Program-made: the position numbers and the translations under genes
Notes under the pieces: generated by a model
Told to the model about the DNA's origin: nothing
Seen by the model: the letters and a program-made list of their open reading frames with translations, nothing else
Databases searched by the model: none
DNA from: an uncultured Gemmatimonadaceae bacterium
GTDB lineage: Bacteria; Gemmatimonadota; Gemmatimonadetes; Gemmatimonadales; Gemmatimonadaceae
Direction: 5' to 3'
Assembly: GCA_963751275.1 (NCBI GenBank)
Contig: CAVVTZ010000007.1
Location: 32,001 to 96,000, forward strand
DNA: 64,000 nt
In this document: positions 9,462 through 18,178 of the stretch, piece by piece
Layout of the letters: every line of letters begins with the position of its first letter
Position numbering within the stretch: position 1 is the first letter of the stretch

Positions 9462-11547
9462 TGGGCCTCCGGCGCGCCGTCGCGGCCGCGCGGACCTCGA
9501 GATCCTTCGACTTCTGGGCGATGTCGAGCACCGGCATCACCTCGGGGTTGTCCGACCAGCCGCTGGCGAGTCCGCTGAGCGCGGCCAGCATCTCCGGCGT
9601 CTTCGGCACGAGCTTCGTGCGCCGCAGGAAGCGGGTCTTCGTCACGGCGTACGCGAGCAGCCACGTGAGCGTCGCCGGATCCTTCGCCGCCCCGACGACG
9701 CGCAATCCGAGCGCGCGCAGTTCCGGCGAGATCGACTTGCGCTCGACGTGCCGCACGAGCAGCGGCACCGCAGGCTTCGGGCAGTCCTCGAGCGCAGCCT
9801 GCATCGCGAGCTTCACGATGCCGTCGTCGCGGTCGCTCAGCGCCGCGATGATCGTCTGGGCGCGCAGCTTCGGCAGACGCAGCAGCAGCTTGAGCGCTTC
9901 GCGGCGCACGCGCTCGTCGCCGTGCGTCATGTACTTCTGCGGCTGGAATTCCTCGGGGATCGCCGGCAGCATCGAGAGGAGCGTGAGCAGGTTCCGCTGC
10001 ACGTACCACGGCGTGTCCTCCATCGCGAGGCGCTTGAGCACCATCGGCCCCACGTCCGAGCCGAATTTCGCCAGGAGGTCGAGCAGTTTCCGCCGCATGG
10101 TGCGCGTCTCGCTCGTCTCGAGGCCCTCGAGCAGCAGCTCGACGACGTCGAGTCCCATGCGCGTCGTGATCCGCTCGAGCAGCCCCGGGTCGATCTGCTC
10201 TTCGCGCAGCAGGTGGCGGATGTTCTCGGGCGTCGCCACCAGCGGCCACAATTCCTCGGCCACCTTGCTGCCCTGCGGCGCGCGGTCGAGGAGATCGAGG
10301 AGCATCGCGATGCCGCCGTGCGAGATCAGCTGGTTCACCGCGAGCCACACGGGGGCGCCGAGTGTGTCCGTCTCGAGCGAGGTCGCGACGAGGCGCTTCG
10401 GCTCGCACGGATGCTGGCGCTGCAGCATCAGCGTGAACACGCGGCGCTGCGCCATGCGATCGAGCGCATCCTGGTAGCTGTCGGGGTTCAGGCGGCGCGG
10501 GTCCCAGTCGTCGGAGAGCTGCTCCACCTGGTCCTTCAGCGCGCGGCTCGCACCTGCGCGCATCACCGAGCCCCCCTTCTCCGCCTGGAGGGCGAGCTTC
10601 CCGATGAGGCGCAGCATCGTATGCGAGATCGTCTGCTTGGACGCCTTGGCCGCCGCCTGCACGAGCACGAGCACCGCTTCGGCGGCGAGCGTCTGGGAGG
10701 CGTCGAGCACGAAACGCTTCCGCTGCTCCACGTCGCCGCCCATTTCCATCAGCCGCTCGAGCGTCTCGGGCGCGAGTGTCTTGAGCAGCTCCGCCATCTT
10801 GCCGGCGGTCTCCGTCGCCTCCTCGCCCTGCGCGCCCTTGAGCGCTTCGGTGATCGACATGAGCGCGCTGACGATCGTCTGATCGTACGCGGGGTCGTCT
10901 TTGCGCTCGTTGAGGGCGCTCGCGAGCGTCATAGGGTCGAGGAGGTCCTCGGTCTCCATGCCCTCGGCGAGCATCAGCGTCGCGCGGGCGAGCGCGATCC
11001 AGATCAGCTTCGCGCCGGCCTTCTTGGCTTCGTCGTCCGTGAGGCCGCTGTCCTCGCCCATGAGCTCGAGCTTGTCGTAGACGACCGACGTCAGGGCGAT
11101 GTGCGGCCAGCGCTCCGTTTGCGCCGCGAGCGCGATCTGCGGACCCTCGTGCTCCTCCTTCGACGACGCGACGAGGAAGTCGGCCAGCTCGTCGCGCAGC
11201 ACCTCGGGGCTGATCGTGATCGAGCCCAGGCGGTGCCGGTGGAATCGCTGCGCGAGCTCCTTCATGAGCGAGTTGGTCGGATCGGTGGCGATCCCCTCGA
11301 TCACGACCTGCGTGCGCGCGATGCCGAGCGAGATGGAGCGGTTGTTCGACATCGCGGCGTCGAGGCGCTTCATGACGCGCTCGACCGCGGCCGTCAGCTG
11401 CGGGTGGCCGGCGGGGTAGATCGCGTGTTTCTGGACGGCGACGCCGAAATCCAACAGGAAGTCGGTGATGCGCTTGTCGATCGCGCCCGCGCCGGGCGCG
11501 CCCGAGGCGGGAACGCCCGTGGCGGGGGTAGCGGTCGGGTGGCTCAC
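9436..11547 (-). CDS. Uncharacterised protein with C-terminal HEAT repeats (copy 2)
   Basis: Paralog of 5955-8069 (WYVQRNLL, HGDERVRREA). Start placed at GTG 11547 by alignment to the paralog; uncertain. Confidence 0.75.
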   Translation of the reverse strand: MSHPTATPATGVPASGAPGAGAIDKRITDFLLDFGVAVQKHAIYPAGHPQLTAAVERVMKRLDAAMSNNRSISLGIARTQVVIEGIATDPTNSLMKELAQRFHRHRLGSITISPEVLRDELADFLVASSKEEHEGPQIALAAQTERWPHIALTSVVYDKLELMGEDSGLTDDEAKKAGAKLIWIALARATLMLAEGMETEDLLDPMTLASALNERKDDPAYDQTIVSALMSITEALKGAQGEEATETAGKMAELLKTLAPETLERLMEMGGDVEQRKRFVLDASQTLAAEAVLVLVQAAAKASKQTISHTMLRLIGKLALQAEKGGSVMRAGASRALKDQVEQLSDDWDPRRLNPDSYQDALDRMAQRRVFTLMLQRQHPCEPKRLVATSLETDTLGAPVWLAVNQLISHGGIAMLLDLLDRAPQGSKVAEELWPLVATPENIRHLLREEQIDPGLLERITTRMGLDVVELLLEGLETSETRTMRRKLLDLLAKFGSDVGPMVLKRLAMEDTPWYVQRNLLTLLSMLPAIPEEFQPQKYMTHGDERVRREALKLLLRLPKLRAQTIIAALSDRDDGIVKLAMQAALEDCPKPAVPLLVRHVERKSISPELRALGLRVVGAAKDPATLTWLLAYAVTKTRFLRRTKLVPKTPEMLAALSGLASGWSDNPEVMPVLDIAQKSKDLEVRAAATARRRPSDRTNSIP

Positions 11548-11632
11548 CGGATCGGCCGCGCGGACGCGGGAACGCGCATTCTCACCATGCACCGCAAGGA
11601 CAGCGGGACGAACGAAAGGCAACGCAGAGGAG

Positions 11633-11674
11633 ATAATACGGACAAAGCGGCGGGTTGCAATCCTTAACTGCAAC
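11633..11674 (-). promoter_or_regulatory. Putative sigma-70 promoter of the HEAT/HD-GYP operon with overlapping palindrome
   Basis: Minus strand TTGCAA-16nt-TATTAT. GTTGCA-N9-TGCAAC (11654-11674) overlaps the -35. Confidence 0.4.
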
Positions 11675-11683
11675 GGCGGGCAG

Positions 11684-11706
11684 CGACTGTCGACTGTCGA
11701 CTGTCG
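11684..11706. repeat. Heptamer tandem repeat (CGACTGT)x3
   Basis: cgactgt cgactgt cgactgt cg in intergenic DNA. Confidence 0.7.
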
Positions 11707-11759
11707 CCCGCGAACAGCCCGGGCGAAGCGAACAACTGCCAAATTGCGGCGCTGGGCAA

Positions 11760-11805
11760 GTCACCATCAAGTGACAATATCTTGCGTAGTCACTATGTAG
11801 TGACT
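11760..11805. promoter_or_regulatory. Two GTCAC-N6-GTGAC palindromes, probable TetR operators
   Basis: GTCAC-catcaa-GTGAC (11760-11775) and AGTCAC-tatgta-GTGACT (11788-11805), immediately upstream of tetR. Confidence 0.7.
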
Positions 11806-11817
11806 TACCTTGCCTCG

Positions 11818-12438
11818 ATGACCCGGGACCGAGAAGCCACGCGCGCACGGATCCTGGCGGCGGCCGAGCAGGTGCTGACGCGACGGGGCGTGGGCGCCGT
11901 GCGCATCAACGCCGTTGCGGCGGCGGCCGGCGTGGACAAGGTGCTCATTTACCGTTATTTCGGCGGGCGCGCGCAGCTCCTGCGCGCGCTCGCGCGCGAG
12001 CGGCGCCTCTGGCCCGACGCCGATGCGGTGCGTGCCGCGACCGAGGACGCCGGCGGTGATGCCCCGTCGCTCGCGCAGGATCTCACCGCGATGCTGCTCG
12101 ATGCCGCGCGCGAACTTCGCTCGAGTCCGCTCGCGCGGCGCGCCGCCGCGTGGAGCATCACGGAGAGCGATGAGTTCGCCCGCGAGATCGCGGCGGCGCG
12201 CGGCGAGCACGCGCGCGCCATCGCCGGCGCGCTTCGCGCACGCCACCGGCTCCCCCCGTTCGTGGACCTCGATGCGATCGTCGCCCTGCTCGCCGCGGCG
12301 ATGACGCATCTCGCTCTGCATGCCGGGCCCGGCGCTGCGTTCGCGGGACTCGAGCCACGCCGCGATGAGGATTGGCGCCGTGCCGAGCGTGCGCTCACGA
12401 ACATCGCGCACGCCCTGCTCGGCCCGGTCGATCAATAA
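11818..12438 (+). CDS. TetR/AcrR family transcriptional regulator
   Basis: TRARILAAAEQVL..G..INAVAAAAGVDKVLIYRYFGG HTH. Confidence 0.92.
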   Translation: MTRDREATRARILAAAEQVLTRRGVGAVRINAVAAAAGVDKVLIYRYFGGRAQLLRALARERRLWPDADAVRAATEDAGGDAPSLAQDLTAMLLDAARELRSSPLARRAAAWSITESDEFAREIAAARGEHARAIAGALRARHRLPPFVDLDAIVALLAAAMTHLALHAGPGAAFAGLEPRRDEDWRRAERALTNIAHALLGPVDQ

Positions 12439-12458
12439 GTCACTTACCGGTGACTTAT
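12435..12458. promoter_or_regulatory. Third operator-like palindrome over the tetR stop (may double as a terminator hairpin)
   Basis: ATAAGTCAC-ttaccg-GTGACTTAT, 9-bp arms. Confidence 0.55.
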
Positions 12459-12462
12459 GGCG

Positions 12463-14520
12463 CTAGATCCCGTGACGCACGCTCAACACCAACTGCCGCG
12501 GTGTGCCGGGGCTGAGGAACCCGCTCGCCTGTACCTCCACGTACCGGTGGTCCAGAATGTTCTGCACACCCACGGCGCCGCTCCAATCGCCGCTCACCGG
12601 GAAGACGCCGCGCAGGTTCAACAGCGTATAGGGTGAAGTGAGCACGCCAGGCTCGTTCACCGGCGTCCACGGTCCCGTGTACGCGGCCCAGATCGAACCC
12701 GCAAAGGCGCCCTGCTGCAGGTCGAATCCCGCCTGCACGGTGGACTTCGCCACCTGGAATACCGGCTGCCCCGAGAGGTCCGTGCCCTCCTCCGTCACGA
12801 GATGCACGTAATGCGCATCGTTCACGGTGGCGTGCGCGAACACCGAGAGCCACCGCAGGATCCCCACGCGGCCGTCCAGCTCCACGCCCTGCTGCCGTGT
12901 CGTACCGCCCGAACTCGGCTGCAGCGTCACCGGGTCCACCGTCTGCTGGTTGCTGACGTTGATGAGGAAGAGCGCGACCGAGCCCTCCACCTTCTGCCCC
13001 GTGTACCGCATGCCGAGTTCGCTCGCTCGCTCGAGCGCCGGCGGCAGCGAGGGCGTGACGATCGCGCCATCGCTCGAGCGGTACCCGCCGTTATAGGAGA
13101 TGTACGCCGAGAGCGCGTTGGTGAATCGATAGATCGCGCTGAGCTTGGGCGATGCGATCCATTGGCCATCGCTCGTGGTCGGACCGCCGCTGCGCTGCCC
13201 GGACTCGTAGTAGATCCAGTCCAGCCGCCCCCCGATCCCCAGGCTCAGGTCGCGGGTGACGTCCCAATGTGCTTCCACGACCGGTGCGATGCCGCCATAC
13301 AGCGCACTGAGATTCGCGGGCGTCTCATCGAAAGAGAAGATCGAGTCGCGCACACGGTCGGTGGTGTAATAGCGCTGGTACTGTGCCTCGACCACGCGAT
13401 AATCGATCCCCACCTCGAGGTGCGTCTCGCCGAGCTGCTTCGCCCAGCGGGTCGTGCCGCCCATGCCGAAGCGCTGGTCGAGTTCCTCCGTTTGCGACTG
13501 CACGCCTTCGCCAATGCCGCCCTCCGGCGGGATCGTGAGGAAGATGTGCCACGTGCCGCCGTGCGCGTACAGCGATGACGTGAGTGTGCCACGCCAGGCA
13601 TCGCGCTCCATCGCGAAACGCACGGTGCCGAACCCTTCGTTGCCACCGTCGGTCGGATTCGTGGCCGCGGTGAGATCACCCGCCTTGTATTGCGAGTCGC
13701 TGATGAATCCCGGCGAGTGCCATCCGCCGCCGTAGCCGCTCACGCCGAGCGTGTACGTGCTGCCGCCGTCACCGTACCAGACACGACTCACCATGAGATG
13801 CCCGATCGCCTCCTGGCTGTTGTCGCGCCAGCCGTCGGCGCGTTGCAGGTCGCCGGCGAACATCCAGCCGCCGTCGGCGGTCTCATCGCCGGTGAGCAGC
13901 TGCACGCGCGCGTCGCCCCACGAGCCCACGCGCGCGCTCCACTCCGTGCCCAGGTTCATCGGCACGGTGATCACGTTCATCGTGCCGCCCATCGCGAAGT
14001 TCCCCGCCCACGGCGACGCCGGTCCCTTGGTGACCTCCACCCGCTTCACCGCTTCCGGAATGAGCGCGTTCCAGTCGGCGTAGCCCTCGGCGTGCCCGCT
14101 CACCGTCTCGTTGAGCGGCACGCCGTCGATGAACGCCGCGTCGTCGGTCGAGTGATCGGAAGTGAATCCGCGCACCGCCGCATCGGACGCGAAGCCCGGT
14201 CCCTGACCTTGCAGGTGGACCTCGACCCCGGCCGTCTGCCGCACGATGTCCCACGCGTCGGTGGCGGGCACGGTGCGGATCGCGCTGGGCAGGATGATGA
14301 CGCTGCTCGCCGCGTCGGCGCGATGTGTGGGCGGGGCGACTACGCGGATCACCGGCATGCTGGTCATGCCGTGGGTCGAATCGCGCGGCGCGCGCGTGGT
14401 GCTGTCGGCGGCGGGCTTGCGCGTCGTGTCGGGCTGCTGCGCCGTCGCGTGGAGCGCCGCGGCGAACAGGATGGCCGCCGCCGGCGCGAGTGCGCGGGCA
14501 CGCGAGGATATCACATGCAT
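12463..14520 (-). CDS. TonB-dependent outer-membrane receptor
   Basis: Signal peptide, plug domain (AVRGF..FIDGVPLN, RVEVTKGP..FAMGGTMN) and barrel end (VQNILDHRY..PGTPRQ). Confidence 0.92.
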   Translation of the reverse strand: MHVISSRARALAPAAAILFAAALHATAQQPDTTRKPAADSTTRAPRDSTHGMTSMPVIRVVAPPTHRADAASSVIILPSAIRTVPATDAWDIVRQTAGVEVHLQGQGPGFASDAAVRGFTSDHSTDDAAFIDGVPLNETVSGHAEGYADWNALIPEAVKRVEVTKGPASPWAGNFAMGGTMNVITVPMNLGTEWSARVGSWGDARVQLLTGDETADGGWMFAGDLQRADGWRDNSQEAIGHLMVSRVWYGDGGSTYTLGVSGYGGGWHSPGFISDSQYKAGDLTAATNPTDGGNEGFGTVRFAMERDAWRGTLTSSLYAHGGTWHIFLTIPPEGGIGEGVQSQTEELDQRFGMGGTTRWAKQLGETHLEVGIDYRVVEAQYQRYYTTDRVRDSIFSFDETPANLSALYGGIAPVVEAHWDVTRDLSLGIGGRLDWIYYESGQRSGGPTTSDGQWIASPKLSAIYRFTNALSAYISYNGGYRSSDGAIVTPSLPPALERASELGMRYTGQKVEGSVALFLINVSNQQTVDPVTLQPSSGGTTRQQGVELDGRVGILRWLSVFAHATVNDAHYVHLVTEEGTDLSGQPVFQVAKSTVQAGFDLQQGAFAGSIWAAYTGPWTPVNEPGVLTSPYTLLNLRGVFPVSGDWSGAVGVQNILDHRYVEVQASGFLSPGTPRQLVLSVRHGI

Positions 14521-14589
14521 GAGAATCCCCCTCCGCAGGGGTAAGGGTGTGCTCAGGGATCGATTGGTGATGCAGGAGCGCGAACGGCG

Positions 14590-14979
14590 TTACGCGGCGA
14601 GCGCGGGCGGAGGGCCGTTGGCGAAGGGAAGGCGGGTGTCGACGCGGGAGGGCGGCACGAGGCGGGCCGCGAGCGGAACGCGCCCGGCAATGATCGTGCG
14701 CGCCTCGGGTACCGCCGCCGTGGGGGCGGGCAGGGTGAAGAACGACGCCGCGGCGCACTGCTCCAGACAGCAGCACTGATGATGCCGGTGCCCGCCGTGT
14801 CCCGAGTGCGCATCGTGGTGCGCATCGTGGTGCGCATCGTGGTGCGCCATCTCGAACGCGGCCGCCGCCAGCGGGTCGTGCAACGGACAATGGTCCATGA
14901 GGGCCCGCTCCCCGAGGGAAGCGGACATCCACAGGACCATGAGCACGGCGCTCAAGCGGCGCATCGCGGAACGGCGCAT
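14590..14979 (-). CDS. Small His/Cys-rich exported protein, DUF2946/CruR-like upstream ORF
   Basis: About 129 aa: hydrophobic N-terminus, DHCPLHD, (HHDA)x3, HQCCCLEQC, and a Pro-rich end RLPFANGPPPALAA. Sits ~70 nt upstream of the TBDR. Confidence 0.7.
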   Translation of the reverse strand: MRRSAMRRLSAVLMVLWMSASLGERALMDHCPLHDPLAAAAFEMAHHDAHHDAHHDAHSGHGGHRHHQCCCLEQCAAASFFTLPAPTAAVPEARTIIAGRVPLAARLVPPSRVDTRLPFANGPPPALAA

Positions 14980-15042
14980 GAGGCGACAATCTAACTTCCG
15001 GCCCGCATTGCGACAGCGCATCGCGCGCTCCAGACTTCCCGA

Positions 15043-15774
15043 ATGATCGAAGTCGCGTCCCTCACGAAGCGCTACGGCGAGTTCACCGCCGTGCGCAACC
15101 TGTCGTTCACGGTCGCGCCCGGCGAAGTGCTCGGGCTGGTCGGCCCGAACGGCGCGGGGAAGACCACCACGCTCCGCTCGCTCGCCGGGATCATCACGCC
15201 CACGGCGGGCCGCATCAGCATTGGCGGCTTCGACCTCGCGCAACGGCCCGAACGCGCGAAGGCGCTGCTCGCCTTCATCCCCGATGAGCCGCAGCTGTTC
15301 GACTATCTCACGGTCGAGGAGCATCTCGTCTTCACCGCGCGCGTGTACGGGGTGGCCGACGCGGCGGGGCGGATCCCGGCGCTGCTCAGCGAGCTCGAGC
15401 TGTCCGACAAGCGCGGCGCGCTCCCCGCCGAACTGTCACGCGGCATGAAGCAGAAGCTCGCCATCGCTTGCGGGCTCGTGCACGCGCCATCGGCGCTGAT
15501 CCTCGACGAGCCGCTCACCGGCCTCGATCCGGCCGGGATCCGGCGGATGCGCGCGACGATCGCCGCGCGCGCGCGCGAAGGCGCGGCGGTGCTGCTCAGC
15601 TCGCATCTCCTGCATCTCGTGGAGGAGTTGTGCACGCGCCTGCTCATCATCCAGCGTGGTGAGCGCGTCGCGATCGGCACGATCGCGGAGATCGTCGCCG
15701 GGCAGCCGCAGCTCGCGGGGCAGGGTCTCGAGGACATCTTCCTCGCGCTCACGGGCGACGGGCACGGCGGGTGA
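15043..15774 (+). CDS. ABC transporter ATP-binding protein
   Basis: GPNGAGKTT, LSRGM, LILDEP, SSH. Confidence 0.95.
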   Translation: MIEVASLTKRYGEFTAVRNLSFTVAPGEVLGLVGPNGAGKTTTLRSLAGIITPTAGRISIGGFDLAQRPERAKALLAFIPDEPQLFDYLTVEEHLVFTARVYGVADAAGRIPALLSELELSDKRGALPAELSRGMKQKLAIACGLVHAPSALILDEPLTGLDPAGIRRMRATIAARAREGAAVLLSSHLLHLVEELCTRLLIIQRGERVAIGTIAEIVAGQPQLAGQGLEDIFLALTGDGHGG

Positions 15775-17498
15775 GCGACTCCGTCGAGGCGCTGCGGTTC
15801 CTGCTGGCGCGCTCGCTGGCGAACCGCGTGCGTGTGGAAGTGCGGCGCGCGCGGTCGCCGCGCTACGCGATCGCGATCGTCATCGGCGCACTCTGGCTCT
15901 GGACCGTCCTGGGCAGCGGCGCACGCGGCGGCGCGCCGGCCCCCGCCGGCGACGTGGTCCAGTATGTCTATGAGGTGCTGATCGCGCTCACGACGGCGTG
16001 GCTCTGGGTGTTCGGAGCACCGGAACCCGCAATGACGTTCAGCCGCGCGGAAGTGCAGATGCTCTTTCCGGCCCCGATCACGCGCCGCGCGCTCATCAAT
16101 TACAAGCTCGCGCAGTCGCAGATCGCCATCCTGCTGAGCGTGCTCATCTGGAAAGTGCTGCTCGTGCGCTCAGTGGCGGGCATGCCGTTCCGCCACGCGC
16201 TCGCGCTCTGGGTGCTGTTCACCACGCTCTACCTGCATCGCGTGGGTGCGTCGTTCGTGCGCGTGAGCGCGGCGCAGCACGGTCGCGCCGGACTGCGCCG
16301 CAATTGGTTGCCACTCACGATCGCGGCAGCTGCGATCGGGGCGACGGCCTGGACGGTCTACGAAGCGATCCCCACGCTCACCGCCGCGTTGACCACCGGG
16401 GCGATCGGCAGCGCACTGCGCGCGCTGCGAGAGACGCCGGTCCTCCGCGTGGTGTTCTGGCCGTTCCATGCGCTCGTCGCTCCCGTCTTCGCGCGCACCG
16501 GCGCCGAGTGGTCGGGCAGCATCGGCTGGGCACTCCTGCTCCTGGCCGCCTCCTACGCGTGGGTCGCGCGCACCGGGGTCGCCTTCGAGGAAGCGGCCAT
16601 GCAGCGCTCCGAGCGAATGGCGGCGCAGCGCGCGGCGCGTCGTACGCGCGGCAATGTCGCGCTCCGCGCGAGCCGCATCTGGCCGCCGCTCCCGCCCAAA
16701 GGCCGGCCGGCCGCCGCCATCGCGTGGAAGGTGGTGGTCGCCTTCCAGCGGTTCGTGCCGCTCACGCGCGCCGCGCTCCTCACGTTGCTCTTCGTCGGCG
16801 TGATCCTGCTGTCGATGCCGGGTGTGCGTTTCGGCGTGCAGCTCATGGGCACGGGAATGCTCGTCGCCGCCGGGCTCCTCGCCCTCATGGGCCCGCTCTT
16901 CACGCGCACCGATCTGCAGCAGGACATGCTCATGCTGTCGCTCCTGCGCACCTATCCGCTGAGCGGCCGCACGATCGTGGCCGCCGAGATCGCCGGAACG
17001 GTGGCCGTGCTCAGCGCGGCCCAACTCGCGCTGGTCGTGGCCGGATTCGCGCTGCTCGCGCCATGGGCAATGCAATGGGTGCGCGACGTCGCTCCATCGC
17101 GCGTGGTATCCGCGGCGCCGATCGTCCTCTCCCTGCTGCTCATCACGCCGGCGGTGACGGCGCTGCGCGTCGCGGTCGCGAACGCCTGGGCCGTCCTCCT
17201 GCCCGGCTGGGTACACCTCGGGCCGGGACGCTCGGGCGGCATCGAGTCGCTCGGCCAGAATCTGTTGAGCGTCATGGGATCCATGGTCGCGCACCTGCTC
17301 CTGCTCGTCCTCCCCGTGCTCGCCGGGGCGATCGTCCTCTGGGCGCTGCGCGGGATCGTGGGACCGGCGGCGTCCATTCCCGCCGCGATCGTCGCCGCGG
17401 CGGCCGCCGGCGCGGAACTCTGGTTCATCGTCGGCTGGCTCGGCGCCGTGCTCGCGCGCACCGACCCGGCGGTCGTGGAGGCGGCTACGGCTTCGTGA
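15771..17498 (+). CDS. Putative ABC exporter permease
   Basis: Multi-TM protein with FSRAEVQMLFPAPITRR. Overlaps the ATPase stop. Confidence 0.8.
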   Translation: MSDSVEALRFLLARSLANRVRVEVRRARSPRYAIAIVIGALWLWTVLGSGARGGAPAPAGDVVQYVYEVLIALTTAWLWVFGAPEPAMTFSRAEVQMLFPAPITRRALINYKLAQSQIAILLSVLIWKVLLVRSVAGMPFRHALALWVLFTTLYLHRVGASFVRVSAAQHGRAGLRRNWLPLTIAAAAIGATAWTVYEAIPTLTAALTTGAIGSALRALRETPVLRVVFWPFHALVAPVFARTGAEWSGSIGWALLLLAASYAWVARTGVAFEEAAMQRSERMAAQRAARRTRGNVALRASRIWPPLPPKGRPAAAIAWKVVVAFQRFVPLTRAALLTLLFVGVILLSMPGVRFGVQLMGTGMLVAAGLLALMGPLFTRTDLQQDMLMLSLLRTYPLSGRTIVAAEIAGTVAVLSAAQLALVVAGFALLAPWAMQWVRDVAPSRVVSAAPIVLSLLLITPAVTALRVAVANAWAVLLPGWVHLGPGRSGGIESLGQNLLSVMGSMVAHLLLLVLPVLAGAIVLWALRGIVGPAASIPAAIVAAAAAGAELWFIVGWLGAVLARTDPAVVEAATAS

Positions 17499-17955
17499 CG
17501 ATATCCGCCTCGAGCGACCGGATGATCGCGAGCACCTCGTTCCGTTCGTCGCGCCCGATGTGAAAGTAGTCCATCGCCGCGTTCATCTCGCCGACCTCGG
17601 CCTGCCACACCGCCGGTGTGATGCCCAGGTCCTTGTGCGCTGCCTTCATGCTCGGGCCGGTGTAGATGCACGGCCCGCCGGACGCCTGGCAGAGCTGGTC
17701 GATGATCCCCTGCCGGATGCGATTCCCCTCGAGCGGCGTGAGGCCGGCGAAGAAGGGCGCGGTGATCGTGTCCTTGCCCATGCGCGCGATGAAGTTGTCC
17801 ACCAGGGCGGCGATGGCGTCGTAGCCGCCGAGCCGGACGTAGAGCGAGTTGGACTTCGGGGTGCTCGGCGTCGCGGGCGCCGAGGCGCAGCCGGCGGCGG
17901 CACCGAAACAGGCGGCGAGCACGAGCGCGCGGACGAGCGTGGTGGACCGGATCAT
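17485..17955 (-). CDS. Group I truncated hemoglobin with lipoprotein signal
   Basis: SLYVRLGG..VDNF..GGPCIYTGPSMKAAH (proximal His). Lipobox-like AAGC; GGAG before ATG 17955. Confidence 0.85.
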   Translation of the reverse strand: MIRSTTLVRALVLAACFGAAAGCASAPATPSTPKSNSLYVRLGGYDAIAALVDNFIARMGKDTITAPFFAGLTPLEGNRIRQGIIDQLCQASGGPCIYTGPSMKAAHKDLGITPAVWQAEVGEMNAAMDYFHIGRDERNEVLAIIRSLEADIVTKP

Positions 17956-18178
17956 TCGTGGATGCTCCGCTCGCGCGCCTGCCCGGATGTGGGACCGTAG
18001 ATCGACGGCGAGGCCACTCCGAGCATCCCGAGCATAAGAGAGAGTTGTCCTAATCGAACTCCATGTCCACAAGATGCGCGGTGCGGGCGCGGAGGCCAGT
18101 GCCCGCCGCCGCGGCCGGGCGATTGCGGCACCCCGGCCGTGCCCGTAACGTCCACAGCGTCGCTCTGGAGAGAGGATC

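Noticed and set aside
4702..11547. HEAT/HD cassette as an anti-phage defence system
   Set aside because: No nuclease, NTPase, cyclase or mobile context, and HD-GYP motifs point to second-messenger signalling; not fully excluded.
11684..11805. Short repeats as a CRISPR array
   Set aside because: Units are 7-bp tandem repeats or 16-bp palindromes with no spacer periodicity, and there are no cas genes.
11760..11805. CRP/FNR-type binding sites
   Set aside because: Half-sites are in the opposite orientation (TCAC-N6-GTGA, not TGTGA-N6-TCACA).
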